The position numbers and the translations under genes are program-made. Source: Isurus oxyrinchus (taxonomy: Eukaryota). From it: 64,000 nucleotides of DNA. The notes under the pieces are model-generated. The model had not been told where the DNA came from, searched no databases, and saw nothing but the letters and a program-made list of their open reading frames with translations. The stretch lies in assembly GCA_026770705.1 (NCBI GenBank), contig JANJGN010000021.1, positions 77,004,001 to 77,068,000 on the forward strand. The letters run 5' to 3'. Positions 1 to 13,130 of this stretch are shown here, in pieces; positions within the stretch are counted from its first letter, which is position 1; the number at the start of each line of letters is the position of its first letter.

Positions 1-145
1 GGGAGGACTGTGACTCGGAGATTGACTCTGATTGGGGGAGGACTGTGAGTCGGAGATTTACTCTGTGACTGGAGGAGTGACTGTTGACTCAGAGATTTAC
101 TCTGACTTGAGGAATGCCTGTCACTCAGTGATTGATTCTGTGACT
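1..145. repeat. Degenerate minisatellite (~35 bp unit), cut by the window edge
   Basis: About four copies of ggaggactgtgactcggagatt(g/t)actctg. Confidence 0.7.
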
Positions 146-2452
146 GGGCAGAATTTTCCCATCCTGCTCATGGTGGGTGCGAGTGGAGAATCTAACAGTA
201 ACCAAAAAAAAAAATGTAATCCTGCCAATGTGTAAACATTTCTCCTGATGGCAAGTTAATGGTGGTGTGACCAGTGGCGTGAACACCATTTCCTTTCATT
301 ACCATCTCATGAATGCTCGTTAAGTCTGCTGCTTGCCGGAATCGTGTCATCTTCCAATCAAGCAGGAAATTGCTCCGGTCTGAACCACATTTGAAAAAGG
401 GTGGCATGCAGCGGTTGGACCTCACTTAGTCCACAACTTCAAGCTGAGTGCAACACAAATAGCTGACCTGTCCAGTCTTGTGATGCCAGTGGAATGCCAC
501 ACTGCTGGCAGTGTCAGGTTGGACTGCTCCCAGTGGATGTCTCTATAGTCACAAGAACATCACTGTTCACCGGGACTCAGACAGGGCTCAACATTCAGCC
601 AGAGACCAGCATTTCGACTGGAGTGAAAGGGATAACGGACACTTGGGGGGCAAAGGGACAGGAAGGCATTAAAAGGGCCTGGGAGAGAGGGCATGATGGA
701 AGGCAGAGGGGCAGGAAGGCTTTGCAAGGGGATGGAGGAGGGAAACAAGGGAAGGGCAGAGGGGAGACCAAGGCCAGGGGTGGGGGAGTTGGTGGGGAAG
801 CTGGAGCCCGACAAGGGATACTGAAACACTGACAAACATGAGGTTGGATGGGAAACGACATGAATAAATGGATGCATGCAGACTCTGGTATAGGAAAAGA
901 AGTGGGGGTGCGTATGTGTATTAATTTGTTGTTTGGCAACAGATGAGGCACATAAGGGATGGGTCACATTGAGACTCATGAAGGAGGGAGTGGGTGGGAA
1001 AGGTGACAGTGTAGTGCTCCGTCATGAGGGCAGTGGGAAACTCATTGAAAATCATTGTCCTTGATCTATTAGTTACAAGTGTGACATGTTTTCTGGATGG
1101 TGCCCAATTGGAATCGACCTAATTCACCAGTAATTAGTTTTAACTTTTGGGTTCGACTGAGGCTTTAAACCAACAGGATAAGACAAGAATATTCAAGTAG
1201 CAACTTCAAAGAAATTTTATTTAAAGAGAAAAATAGATTGATACAGATTTGTAACATAGAATTATGAAGTTATATTATATAAGAATTAGTTAAGTTGAAA
1301 TATATAAGAATCATACAATTAAACTTTCACATTTTTAATACATAGAGCATGTGTCTGTAATTACAATCATTCGATGTCTTTTTCCTTCACTAGATTAATT
1401 TTTATCACTATAACTCAAACAAAAACAAAGACATACTTATCAGATCCAAAAGACCTCTGTAACTTTTGATGGGGTGATCAATTCTATGGAAATGTGTATC
1501 TCCTTCCACCTTTTGAATAAGTATCCTTCAATCAGAATATGCTAAACTAACAGTGTCCCTGGAGGTGGGATTTTTAACCCCCAGAGAAAGTTCAAGACCC
1601 TCCCTCTCCATGTGTTAATATGATCTTGTCACCCTTTGATTGGCTTTAACTTAATTAGTCTTGGCCTTTGTGTGTAATTAATCTTGATGATAGAATAATT
1701 AACTTTTCAATATGTTACCTTAATCTGATTTCAAACACAACATTTTTACAAACTTTTGGTTCTAAATTTTCTTCTAAACTGCTTTAATGCATTCTTTTCA
1801 ATCATTTTTAGTTAAATTTATATAAGAAGCCTTTATATTAATTTTTAACATAAAATCCCTTTAGAAGCGTACCTAGTATTTACTTGTGTAAGTTTGAAAA
1901 CCAACCAAAACTACTAATTAATTAATAATTCCTCAATTATAATTGTAACTGAGGCTCAATCTTAATTTTTGGGCTCGGGTCCAACTATTCATATGAGCTA
2001 AAAACAAAAAAACTGCGGATGCTGGAAATCCAAAACAAAAACAGAATTACCTGGAAAAACTCAGCAGGTCTGGCAGCATCGTTGACAGGGCCCTCAACCG
2101 TGTCCGGCCCATCTCCCGTGCATCCGCCCTCACGCCTTCTCCTCCCTCCCAGAAACATGATAGGGTCTCCCTTGTCCTCACTTATCACCCCACCAGCCTC
2201 CGCATTCAAAGGATCATCCTCCGCCATTTCCGCCAACTCCAGCATGATGCCACCACCAAACACATCTTCCCTTCACCCCCCTTATCAGCATTCCGTAGGG
2301 ATCGCTCCCTCCGGGACACCCTGGTCCACTCCATCACCCCCTACTCCTCAACCCCCTCCTATGGCACCACCCCATGCCCACGCAAAAGATGTAACACTTG
2401 CCCCTTCACTTCCTCTCTCCTCACCGTCCAAGGGCCCAAACACTCCTTTCAA

Positions 2453-2782
2453 GTGAAGCAGCATTTCACTTGCATTTCCCCCAACTTAGTCTACTGCATT
2501 CGTTGCTCCCAATGTGGTCTCCTCTACATTGGAGAGACCAAACGTAAACTGGGCAACCGCTTTGCAGAACACCTGCGGTCTGTCCGCAAGAATGACCCAA
2601 ACCTCCCTGTCGCTTGCCATTTTAACACTCCACCCTGCTCTCTTGCCCACATGTCTGTCCTTGGCTTGCTGCATTGTTCCAGGGAAGCCCAACGCAAACT
2701 GGAGGAACAACACCTCATCTTCCGACTAGGCACCTTACAGCCTTCCGGACTGAATATTGAATTCAACAACTTTAGGTCATGA
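2453..2782 (+). pseudogene. GIY-YIG endonuclease domain of the PLE (C-terminal ORF fragment)
   Basis: NLVYCIRCSQCGLLYIGETKRKLGNRFAEH...LGTLQPSGLN, typical PLE GIY-YIG with CxxC; RT domain absent. Confidence 0.88.
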
Positions 2783-3185
2783 GCTCCCTCCCCCATCCCC
2801 ACCCCCTTCCTGTTTCCCCCCTTTTTTTTCCCAATAAATTATATAGATTTTTCTTTTCCCACCTATTTCCATTATTTTTAAATATTTTAAAATCTTTTAT
2901 GCTCCCTCCACCCCCACTAGAGCTGTACCTTGAGTGCCCTACCATCCATTCTTAATTAGCACATTCGTTTAGATAATATCACCAACTTTAACTTTAACAC
3001 CTATGTGTTCTATTGTACCATTGTCGCTGACATCTTTTGATGATCTGCTTCTATCACTGCTTGTTTGTCCACACAACCACACACCACCCCCCCCCCCCCC
3101 CCCACTCTCTCTCTATCTCTCCGCCCCCCCCACACACACACCTTAAACCAGCTTATATTTCAACTCTTTCTTGGACTCGAAATCA

Positions 3186-3224
3186 AGTTCTGTTGAAGGG
3201 TCATGAGGACTCGAAACGTCAACT
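3186..3224 (+). ncRNA. Minimal hammerhead-ribozyme-like motif in PLE terminus (variant core CUGUUGA)
   Basis: AGTT-CTGTTGA-A-GGGTC(atgag)GACTC-GAAAC-GTC-AACT: helix I AGTT/AACT, helix II GGGTC/GACTC, palindromic ACGT helix III. Confidence 0.65.
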
Positions 3225-3434
3225 CTTTTCTTCTCCGCCGATGCTGCCAGACCTGCTGAGTTTTTCCAGGTAATTCTGTTTTTATTCATATGAGCTGATG
3301 GATCAAGGTCATTGATAGTGGTCCTTATCTGTTACCAGAGCTACATACATACTGGTGCAGATCATTGTCTTTAAACTGTAGGTGTAATCGTATTGATGTA
3401 GATAAATTCTAGAAGGCTGACCTTCCTTCCATCG

Positions 3435-3980
3435 TAAGTGGCAAGTAACATTCACGCCACACAAGTGCCAGGCAATGACCAAGTCCAACAAGAGAGAATC
3501 TAACCATTGACGTTCAATGGAATTACCATCTCTGAAACCCCAGTATTAACATCCTGGGGGATACCATTGACCAGAAATTGAACTGGACTAGCCGTATAAG
3601 TACTGTGGCTACAAGAGCAGATCAGAGGTTAGGAATTGTGTGATGAGTAACTCATCTCCTGACTCCCCAAACCCTGTCCACAATCTACAGGGCACAAGCC
3701 AGGAGTGTAATGGAATACTCCCCACTTGCTTGGATGAATACAGCTACCACAACAATGAAGAAGCTCAACCATCCAGGACAAAGCAGTCCGCTTGATTAGC
3801 ACACTATCCACAAACATTCGCTTCTTCCACCATCGACACACAACATGTACCATCTACAAGATGCACTGCAGGAATTCACCAAGGCACCTTCATCAGCACC
3901 TTCCAAACCCATGATCACTACCATCTGGAAGGACAAGGACAAGGGCAGCAGATCCATGGGAACACCATCACCTGGTAGTT
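3435..3980 (+). mobile_element. CR1/L2-group LINE 3' RT fragment
   Basis: Degenerate RT C-terminus (KWQVTFTPHKCQAM; IYRAQARSVMEYSPLAWM); a homologous copy is on the minus strand at ~38830-39385. Confidence 0.7.
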
Positions 3981-3989
3981 CTAACGGGG

Positions 3990-4160
3990 CTTTATGCACC
4001 TGCTTGGTTGTCTGCCCCTTCTGATGGAATTAGACCATATTCACGCAAACCATGCATTCTGGGTAGAATGGCCGCCATTATCCCCATGGAACAACTTAGA
4101 AACCGGCCATTCGACTCTTCGCACGTCCAGTCGATTAGTTGCTGCCCCTTCCTCATAAAC
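3990..4160. promoter_or_regulatory. Decayed paralog of the 16.3-16.45 kb promoter segment with ZNF143/Staf-like motif
   Basis: tgatggaattagaccatattcac...catgcattctgggtag...ttagaaaccggccattcg aligns with ~16335-16432. Confidence 0.5.
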
Positions 4161-4440
4161 TGCAGTTTTTTTATTTTTCAGGTGTTGATGTGATTCCCTG
4201 TTGAAAGTGGGAATATTGCTCAGTGTCAATTTCTCTCTGATTTACGCTCTTCTGATCTGACTTGGAATATTTTACTGTATTAAGGCGCTATATAAATGTC
4301 AATAATTGGTAGCTACAAGGAGCTGAGATAGAGATCAGCCATGATCTAACTGAATGGTGGAACTTTATGGAGGGGCTCCTGTTCCTATTGTCACACAGGT
4401 AGATTGGGCACATGAATCTCATATTGGAGCAAAATTGTTG

Positions 4441-4610
4441 ACTGTAGAATTGAACCCAGCCAGAGTCAGTAACTTCTGGGGAGGAGAGGGACAGTAACTA
4501 GTGAGTGTAAAACTTAACCCAGTCAATGTCGGCAACTTATGGGGATGAGAGGGACGGTAACCAGTGAGTGTAAAACTCAACCCTGTCAGAGTCAGCATCT
4601 TCTGGGGTGG
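4441..4610. repeat. Tandem repeat, ~63 bp x ~2.6
   Basis: Unit tgtaaaact(t/c)aaccc...gtcagcaacttctgggga..agagggac.gtaac.agtgag. Confidence 0.7.
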
Positions 4611-5221
4611 GAGAAAAGTTGACCAAAAGGAAATATCTTGCAGATTCTGCGATGGGTTTGGATTTCAGCACAGGGGGGAGGGAGAGTGTGTGGGATAGAG
4701 ATTCACAGCACTGGGTGTACAAGAGAGGAAAGAATGTTCTAGAGAAACTAGATTTGTCTGTTCTGAGCTTCTAGCCTTTGTAGCAAAAATAATGTTTAAT
4801 AATTAATTTTTAACCCAGTTATGTTTGATAATCAAGCAATCAAATTATTAATCTAATAACTTAATCTTATATTCTATTTAATTGTAATCAATGTCACACT
4901 CTGTTCCCATGTGACTGCATCTTTGTCTGTGAAGATGTAGCTGTAGCTGTATTCCTTTCTGACAGGTGTAACATACCACATAGTCTAGGCCCATGTGCAA
5001 AACTATGGTTCTGTGGTTCAATTACAGTTATTTCTGTGTAGACAATCAAGGTTGAATAGTCCGGTGCCTGAGCTGGGACCGGACACAATCTCCCTGACTA
5101 TTAAAACTGGCCATTGAAACTGCTCTGTGACATCATTCCTGGCCACTGTGTAATTGTCCTTTGTGATTTCACTTGGAGACAGGTTTCTGCCCCTGGTTAC
5201 GCCCCATCAGTGTGATGTCAC

Positions 5222-5480
5222 TCTGGGAGTTTGGATTTCAATGTCGATGTGATGCCAGGTACGTAGGCTGTACATCCCAGCGACTGGCTGATCGAATCAA
5301 ACAACATGCTCCTTCGGCTGTTCATAATAGGCAGATGGGATTCAACCAGCCCGGGCTTACAAAACCCAACAGAAAATGTTTACTGTCAGATGTGATTCTG
5401 CGATTAGATAGCACTTGCTGAACAATCCTGAGTGTGCTAATAGCAACTGTCACGTAAGGTATGGCATACTCATAATTTAA
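5222..5480 (+). mobile_element. GIY-YIG fragment from a second PLE family
   Basis: FQCRCDARYVGCTSQRLADRIKQH. Confidence 0.7.
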
Positions 5481-5944
5481 AATATGGACCTCCTTCAATA
5501 TGGACATTGAACAGCTGGGTTAGAAAGAAGGTCATTGTGTCCACAAAATGGCCACTGACCATCAGGTGACACTGCTGTGTGGATTCCAGAACCCAGTCAG
5601 GGAATTGACTCTCTGTCTCACAAAGAGAAAGGATTGTGACTGTCAACAGTGGCAGCCTGAGTGAAGCAGCAGCTCCTAGAACAATCTGAGCAGAATCAGT
5701 GTCAGTTTAAAAAAATATAAAAGCCATTAAACTGCCGTTCTGACCGCAGCCTCTGAAGCTTCAGGACACAGTAAGAAGGAGCCACATTCTGCATACAAAC
5801 CAAGGAGCAGATGATTCTCCACATGAACATCAATACACACAAGAACTGACTTCATCAATTAAAGAAATTACCAGAAACCAACTTCATCCCTTCAAGAGGA
5901 TTCCTACAAACCTCCTGTACCCCGGCAGTTGAAGTCCCTCAATT

Positions 5945-6121
5945 CTCCTCCCACCCCCACCCCCCAATCCCCCCCACCACCTTAAACCGGCTTATATTTC
6001 ACCCCTCTCCTACTTTTACTTAGTTCTGTTGAAGGGTCATGAGGACTCGAAACGTCAACTTTGTTCTTCTCCGCCGATGCTGCCAGATCTGCTGAGTTTT
6101 TCCAGGTATTTCTGTTTTTGT
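5945..6121 (+). mobile_element. PLE 3' terminus with hammerhead-like motif (6022-6060)
   Basis: Near-identical to 3140-3280; flanked by imperfect 17-bp duplication gttgaagtccctcaatt / gttgaaatcccttaatt. Confidence 0.8.
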
Positions 6122-9100
6122 GTTGAAATCCCTTAATTGATCCTTTGACTAAATAAGAACTTTCATTAGGGCTGCAACTTTGAATATCAGGTTACATCAG
6201 GCAAGTGATATATGAACAATTCCCTTTTTTATAATTGTAACACTATCTTTTACCCCTGTACTTGTCTAGAGTGTTAATATGAGTGAATGTGTGAGTGGGT
6301 GAAGTAGTATCCATTTTGGGGCTTTTAGTTTTATTGTTTAAAAATAAACAATCATCTTCCTTTCCTAAAAGAAAGAATTCCTGAATGTCTGCTGCGATTC
6401 TTGATGACACACTCATGTACCATTCCTATTCTTTAACTTCATTGATCACGGGCAGTTTGAAAAGGGAACAGAAATTGTCAGCAGTTTCCCTTCCAACCTG
6501 ACCATGACACTGCACTAACTACAACTTTAAGATAATCAGTCAAACGCGTAATGTGGCTCATTTATACCTGCTACAAGTGCCAAACTTTCATATGGAGGGA
6601 CTCTTCTCTGCAAACAGAAGGAATATGTTAAAGTCTTGCACCATTTTTGAATTACCCAGAATGTTAGGGAGCCAATATTTCCCTGTGTATTCTCCATGGC
6701 AACGCCTTGACCAACCAGAGTTGACCTGCCAACCAATCAGCGCCCTTCTCTCCTATAGTATGAATTGTGATCATTTGAAATTTGGCATTCTTGCATTTGT
6801 CCTGAATTTAAGATGAAAAGCTTCGCAACATGTCTCTCTTTTCAGCAGTCTGGAAATATTCTCTGTCATGTTCTTGCCCACAGGCAGTGTGTGTGACAAG
6901 ATGGAAACCTTACAGGTGGGAAGCTTGCTTCACAAGGCTGAAGCCTATGAAAACAGGTAGGTATATTGAGGGAGAGAGAGAGAGATCGTGTAAGTGAATC
7001 CCAATACTTGGGGTGGAAGGAGTTGGTTCATGATTTCTGGAGTTGTGGCTGGGAGGCACAGGGAGATAGTGTGCAGGGGAGGAAATGGTGGTTGGGTAAG
7101 AGAAGACATCACTGATTGTGAGGGCAGGAAGCAGTTTATACTAGGTAGTTCTTTTGGGCCTGGAGCAAACATTCCTTCTCCTCCCCTGATCCACAAGCAG
7201 TGCTGTAAAGACAATCACCTCATGGATTCAATTCTTCTCACCACTTAGCCAAACCTTTGACCTGGGAAACCCGGACATTCTTTCCCACAGCTGTTGCTGC
7301 AGCAATCGGAGGGGCTTCCCAGCCTGCCCCAGGAAAGTTCCCTGATGGCGGGAATGCATCCCGGAGCCAGCCCAAGGAAGATCCACCCCCCCAATATTCC
7401 CAGCTTTCCCACTTCCAAGCCCTCCAACACCAGGCCGGTAAAATTTAGCCCAATGTGTCAGCCTCCAGGCCCATCTCAGCTCCACTCCTGGGGCTTGAGT
7501 TGCCTTTGTGACCAAAGCTGAGGCCAGGTCTCAGTGGGAGCCCCTCCCTGCTGCTGTGTTCTTGGAGCCCTGAGAGACAACATGACTGGATTTCACACAG
7601 CCTGCTGGGAATGAAGGAAACGGCCTCTTGGTCATGATAAGGATGACAACTCATTAACATGTCATTCTAAGTTATGTAAATAGGAGAGTTTGACATTGGA
7701 AGTTCCTCCAAGCACCGTTGTCCCTTTCTAGCCACAGGTTTCTGGTGCTCTACTGCTGGATGAAACACTAGAGTGCAGCAAATTTCATTCCTTTTGAGAT
7801 ACAAACACCTCTTGTTCCCAATATTCTCCTGCGATCAGTCCCTGCCCACTCCCGTCCTACTTCATCATTTCCTTGTGGAATGTTGGAAATATTGGGATTT
7901 CCCACCTTTATCCCTTCAATTTCTTTATTTCAGCTCATCTTTAAACAGCTGGATTGTCCAACAGATATTCATGTATTTCCTGACAGCACATTTCCAGGAG
8001 TGTACAAGAGACAAGAGAGTGACAGCAAAGAGGTCGGACATGTCCACTCACACTCATCACCATCCATCTTGTCCACACCTCTTGCTGTGCTGGTCAGATG
8101 GGGAAATGCTGGATTTCCCCTGAAATTGAGATACCGGCAGGTTTGTTGCATCAGAGAATCACTCGGAGTGAAAGATGATGAAGGAAAGGATCAGAAAATG
8201 TAAAGCTTGGAGGAACTGGATTCTGAACAAAATGAGGCTCCTCACTCAATCCAGATGAACACACACGAGGCCTGTTCCAAAGGAATTGGAAAGCAAACAG
8301 CATGAAGAGAACTAGCACAGAAATATTGAATAACAGGAAGATGTGAATTGTAGACATGAGATGAAATTTAACCCTGCAGGAAGGAAGGAAGGAAGATGTC
8401 AATCTGTAATAACTGGGACATTGAAGCTCGAATGTGCTGAGTCATGGACTGAATAGAATGATCACTCTTCCCACTCTCATATGATCTACTTTCCCACTGC
8501 TGTTTATGGAGTGGCTCGGCCCCATTGGATGGGTTTACAGTGAATCTCAGCATTTGTTCCTGAGACCCAATTTGTTGAAATTTAGTTGATGATCACATTC
8601 CCTCCCCAGAGGCGGGTGGCACAGAGCCGACCAATGTACGGACACTGGTCAACGCTGAATCACTGAGCGCATTTGTAGAGATCATTTTCTCCTCTTATAC
8701 CTCACCCAGAGCTCGATGGAGACACAAGGGACAACTCCTGTTTCCTTCAGTCACCATTCCAGTAAATGCTGAGCCTGATGGGGGAACCGAGGCCCTGTCC
8801 CTCTGAAGTACTTTGATGACATCTCCATAGCCGTGGAAAGCTTCATCTGACTGATGGAGAATCCAGTCTCTGGCACTTCATGAGTGGGAGGACAATGCCC
8901 TCAAATGGACCAACACTGCCCTTGTGTCTGTTTCTCTCACCAGCAGCAGGACGTCCCTTTCTAATCTCCTGGATCAAAAACCAGGCTGACCTTACTGATT
9001 CCTGGGATTCCTTTCCTTAGATTCCAGACTTCCCTGCATTCTGTTGTGAAGCCAGGTGCAGGCTCCAGACCCAGTGGAAGCAGAGTGGGATTGAGGGGGA

Positions 9101-10319
9101 GGGCAATTTGTTGGGACAAACCTCAGGAACTGAGGAATAAGGTGAATGTGGGGAATTTTGGGAGGTTTGTTCAGTGAAATATCCAAGAGAATCTTTGGGT
9201 TCTTGAGGAAATGTACATCCGAGAGGGAGTGATCTTAGTCACATTGCACAAGGGAGGATTTACTGACAAGCTATTGGATAGACACTTTCTGCAGTTCACT
9301 AAGGTGGTGGTGGAGAGGCATGAGGGAGGGGCTGGAGGTTGGGAAGTGGGTGGTTTGAGTCGGGGAAGGGAAGTTATGATGGGGTGGGGGGGAAAGATGG
9401 GGTTTGGAAAAGAAGGGGAAGGGGTGGGGAGGAGAGGGGAGAGCTGAGCCCCCCATGCCGTGAGGCTGGCCCCCATGTGGAGGGCTGGCTGGGCCCCTGT
9501 GTTGTGACGCTGGCCCTCCGTGCAGAGTGCTGGGCCCTGTGCTGCATGCTGGCTGGACCCCCATGTTAAGGGCTGGGCTCCTGTACTGAGAACTGGGACC
9601 CTGGGCTGAATGCTGGGCACGTGCTGCAAGCCGGGCCCATGAGCTGTGAGCCCAGCCCCTGAGCAGCAAGCCCAGACACTGTACATTGTACTGCACTGTA
9701 TCCACATGGTGCAAGCTGCCTACCACACCCCCTGGCCTCCCCCCACCGCCCATGAGTGCTGAGTGCCAGGCAGAACCCCGGGCTGCGAGCCAGTTGCCCA
9801 AGCTGCGAGCCGGGCCTGGCCCCTGTGCTGTCAGCTGCCCCCCAACTACCATGCTGCGTGTTGGGACTCCATGCTGTGAGCCAGGCTGGGTCAGGCCTCC
9901 ATGCTGCTTGCAGGAGTTCGACAGAAGCGGTACACAGTACAGGAGGTTTACAGACCTTGGAAAATGTTATGTAAGTAGTTTAATAGAAGAATGTAAGATT
10001 TGATATTATACTTGTGGAGAGATGTAGAGTAAAGGGTTAATGGTTAAGTTAATGAGACCATGATGATATAAATGATGTAACTGTGACATCAATAGTCAGA
10101 TGACCAAGAGGCTCCAAGAGAGCTCGGTGCAGAATAGTCTGTATCCTGAATACCAGGTGCTTACCCTGAGGTCTTTGTAAATGGTTCTTAATAAACTGTT
10201 TGAAGTTAAACTATATCGATTATCTCAAGTCTGTCAAGCAAAATCTCATCAAGGTACGGTAAAACCAGAAAGTATAGGAATAGTAAAACCTCACTAAAGC
10301 TCAGCAATCACATCAAAAC

Positions 10320-11740
10320 AACTCTCTTTCCTCCTTTGCTGAAGGGACTGACTCCTCAGTTAGAGACTGTTCCACAGTGAGTGCCAGTCGGCTATTCCCC
10401 TGTGTGGGGGTTAAAATGCAAGTCCTTTCTTTTTCCTCACTTGACTGTCACACACCCTCTGTTTCCAGCAGGGACACTGGGTAGTGACAGAGCAGACAAT
10501 GTGGCTACTTTCTTACCCCACCCTGACCCCCATCTTCCCAGCAGCCGTGAACCTTCAGGTTTATCCTGGGAAATTGGATACACTCAGACTGAACATCCCA
10601 AATTCAGCTATCAGCCACAGCGCTGGCCAAAACTATCAAATCCAAGCTCAGTGGGAAAAGCCGAGGCCTTCAGCTAATATCTTTAAAGAAGGCATTAAAA
10701 GAGTTTTCAATAAATATGTCTCCAGGTATGGCAACCGAATTGTTCTGGTGCTGGATTAACAATCCAGAGATTGTGAGTTCAAATCCAACCACGGAAAGTT
10801 ACAAACATAGAATTACAGTGCAGAAACAGGCCAATCAGATCAATTGGTTGATGCTGGTGTTTCTACTTCATACGACCCTCCTCTCACTCCTCTTCATCTC
10901 ACCCTGTCAGCAGATCCTTCTGTTCCTTTCTCCCTCATGTGCTTATCTAGTTTCCCCTTAAAAACATCAATGCTATCCATCTCAACCATCCCATGTTGAG
11001 AAATGGAATTTAATAAATTTTGGAATTTTTGATCAGAATCAAAATAAAAATATAGAAACTTTCAAGTTGTCCTAAACACCCAAATATTGTCCTTCAGAGA
11101 TGAGAACCTGCTACAGCTGCCTTGTCTAGTCTACATGTAACTCCTGTCCCACACAACATGGCTGACTCTGAACTGCCCTTTGAAGTCGCCCAGCAAACAA
11201 TGATAAACAATCACTACAAAGTCCAATAATAAGAGGAAAATTAGATCTGGACAATCCTGACATTGTGTCAGAACAAAATTGTGATCTCAGCCCAGTGAAA
11301 TCTGCAAAGTCTCTCTTAGTAAGGTCTGAGGACGTATCCAAATGAGGAGAGCTGCCCCACAGACTGGTCAAGTAGCAGTGATACTCACTGAATCGTATCA
11401 TTCTGGAAACATCCCAGACTCCTCCGTCACCATCCCTGGCTATGTCCCATCCCACTGGCAGATGGGGAAGTCTCAATATTGACTCCATGGAGTCTCATGG
11501 CTTCAGGTCAAACAAGTTGAAGGAAAACTACCACTCCCCTCCCAACTGATGAATGAGTACTTCACCATGATAATCATCACTAGGGAAGGAGACTAAAGGA
11601 CAGATCCCAAAACTGGGTATCCATGAGGTGCAGTGAGCCATCAGCAGCAGCAGGATTATATTCCACCATAATCTTACAGCCTGGCACAGCCCTCATTCCA
11701 TGATTATCATCCAACCAACAGATACATGTCAGGAGCAGCA
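10320..11740 (-). repeat. Inverted segmental paralog of the ZNF intron at ~43170-44645; ZF exon missing
   Basis: Colinear reverse-complement similarity (ORF-track peptides 11126-11488 vs 43431-43631); 10550-10715 also matches 39750-39920. Confidence 0.8.
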
Positions 11741-11974
11741 TTTAGAGTCCAGACTTGAACCTAGTGAACATATTACAGAGGGCTACATGCAGGCTAAACA
11801 ACAAGAGTAGCAGGTAATAAACAGAGCTAAACAGTCCAACAAGCAACAGATCAGAGCAAAGCTCTGTGGTCCTACCACATCTTGTCGAGAATTGTGGACA
11901 ACCAATCAAGTAACAGGAGAAGCAGCTCAATGATCACCTCCATTCTCAACCATTTGGAACCCAGCACGAATGTA

Positions 11975-13130
11975 AGACACAATCATGGAAAGTTTATGGC
12001 ACAGAAAGAGGCCACTTGTCCCATTGCGTATGCACTAGCTGAAAAACAAGCCACCCAGCCAAATCCCACTTTCTAACATTTGGTCTATAGTCCTGCAGGT
12101 TACGGTATTTGAGTTGCATATCCAAGCAATTTTTAAATGGGTTGAGGGTTTCTGCCTCTACTACGCTTTCAGGCAGTGAGTTCCAGACCTCCGCTACCCT
12201 CTGGGTGAAAACTGTTCTCCTCCTCTCCCTTCTAATCTTTCTACCAATCACTTTAAATCTATGCCCCCTAATCACTGACCTATCTGCTAAAGTAAATAGG
12301 CCCTTCCCATCCACTTTATCCAGGCCCCTCATGATTTTGTATGCCTCAATCAAATCTCCCCTCAGCCTCCTCTGTTCCAAAGAGAACAACACCAGGCATT
12401 CCAATCTTTCCTCATAGTTGCAATTTTCCAGTCCTGCAACATCCTTGTAAATCTCTGCATCTCTCCAGTGCAATTATATCACTTCTGTAATGCGGTGACC
12501 AGATATGCACACAGTTCTCAAGTTGTAGCCTAACTAATTATTTATACAATTCCAGCATAATCTCCCTGCTCTTATGTTCTATGCCTTGGCTTATAAATGA
12601 AAGGATTCCATACGTCTTCTTAGCCACCTTATTGACCTGTCCTGACACCTTCACGGATCTGTGGACATTCACGCCAAGGTCCCTCACTTCCTCTACACCT
12701 CTTAGTATTCTCCCATTAACTGTGTATGACTTTGCACTGTTTGATCTCCCCAACTACTTCACCTCAGTCTTCTCCGGGTTGAATTCCATTTGCGACTTTT
12801 CTGCCCACCTGACCAGTCCATTGATATCTACCTGCAGTCTACAGCTATCCTTCTCGCTATCAATCAAGTGGCTAGTTTTTGTGTCATCTGCAAACTTCTT
12901 GATCACACCCCCTACATTTACATCCAAATCATTACTATATACCACAAAAAGCAGGGGACCTCGAACTGAGCCTTCTGGAACCCCAATGGAACAGTCTTCT
13001 AGTCACAAAAACACCTGTTAGCAATCATCCTGTTTCCTGCCACAGAGCCAATCTTGTATCCAGCTTGCTACATTTCCCTGGATCCCATGGACTTTTCTGT
13101 GGGACCTTGTCAAAAGCTTTGCTAAAATTA
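11975..13130 (-). mobile_element. CR1 LINE 3' part (RT)
   Basis: VPLGSVRGP, KFADDTK, RRLRGDLIEAYKIMRG, CR1 3' tail. Confidence 0.9.

Larger units (their letters stand above)
2000..3282 (+). mobile_element. Penelope-like retroelement, 5'-truncated, with inverted partial pseudo-LTR
   Basis: GIY-YIG ORF 2453-2782; 2040-2081 is the reverse complement of ~3239-3280; flanked by 14-bp direct repeat tattcatatgagct (1986-1999, 3283-3296). Confidence 0.9.

Noticed and set aside
494-979. Pro/Gly-rich ORFs
   Set aside because: Purine-rich low complexity; probably part of a Harbinger-like relic starting gggcagaatttt at 146, but no partner TIR was found
9171-10003. GC-rich ORFs of 105-193 aa
   Set aside because: Degenerate low-complexity repeat (tgctgggccc-like), no domain recognised
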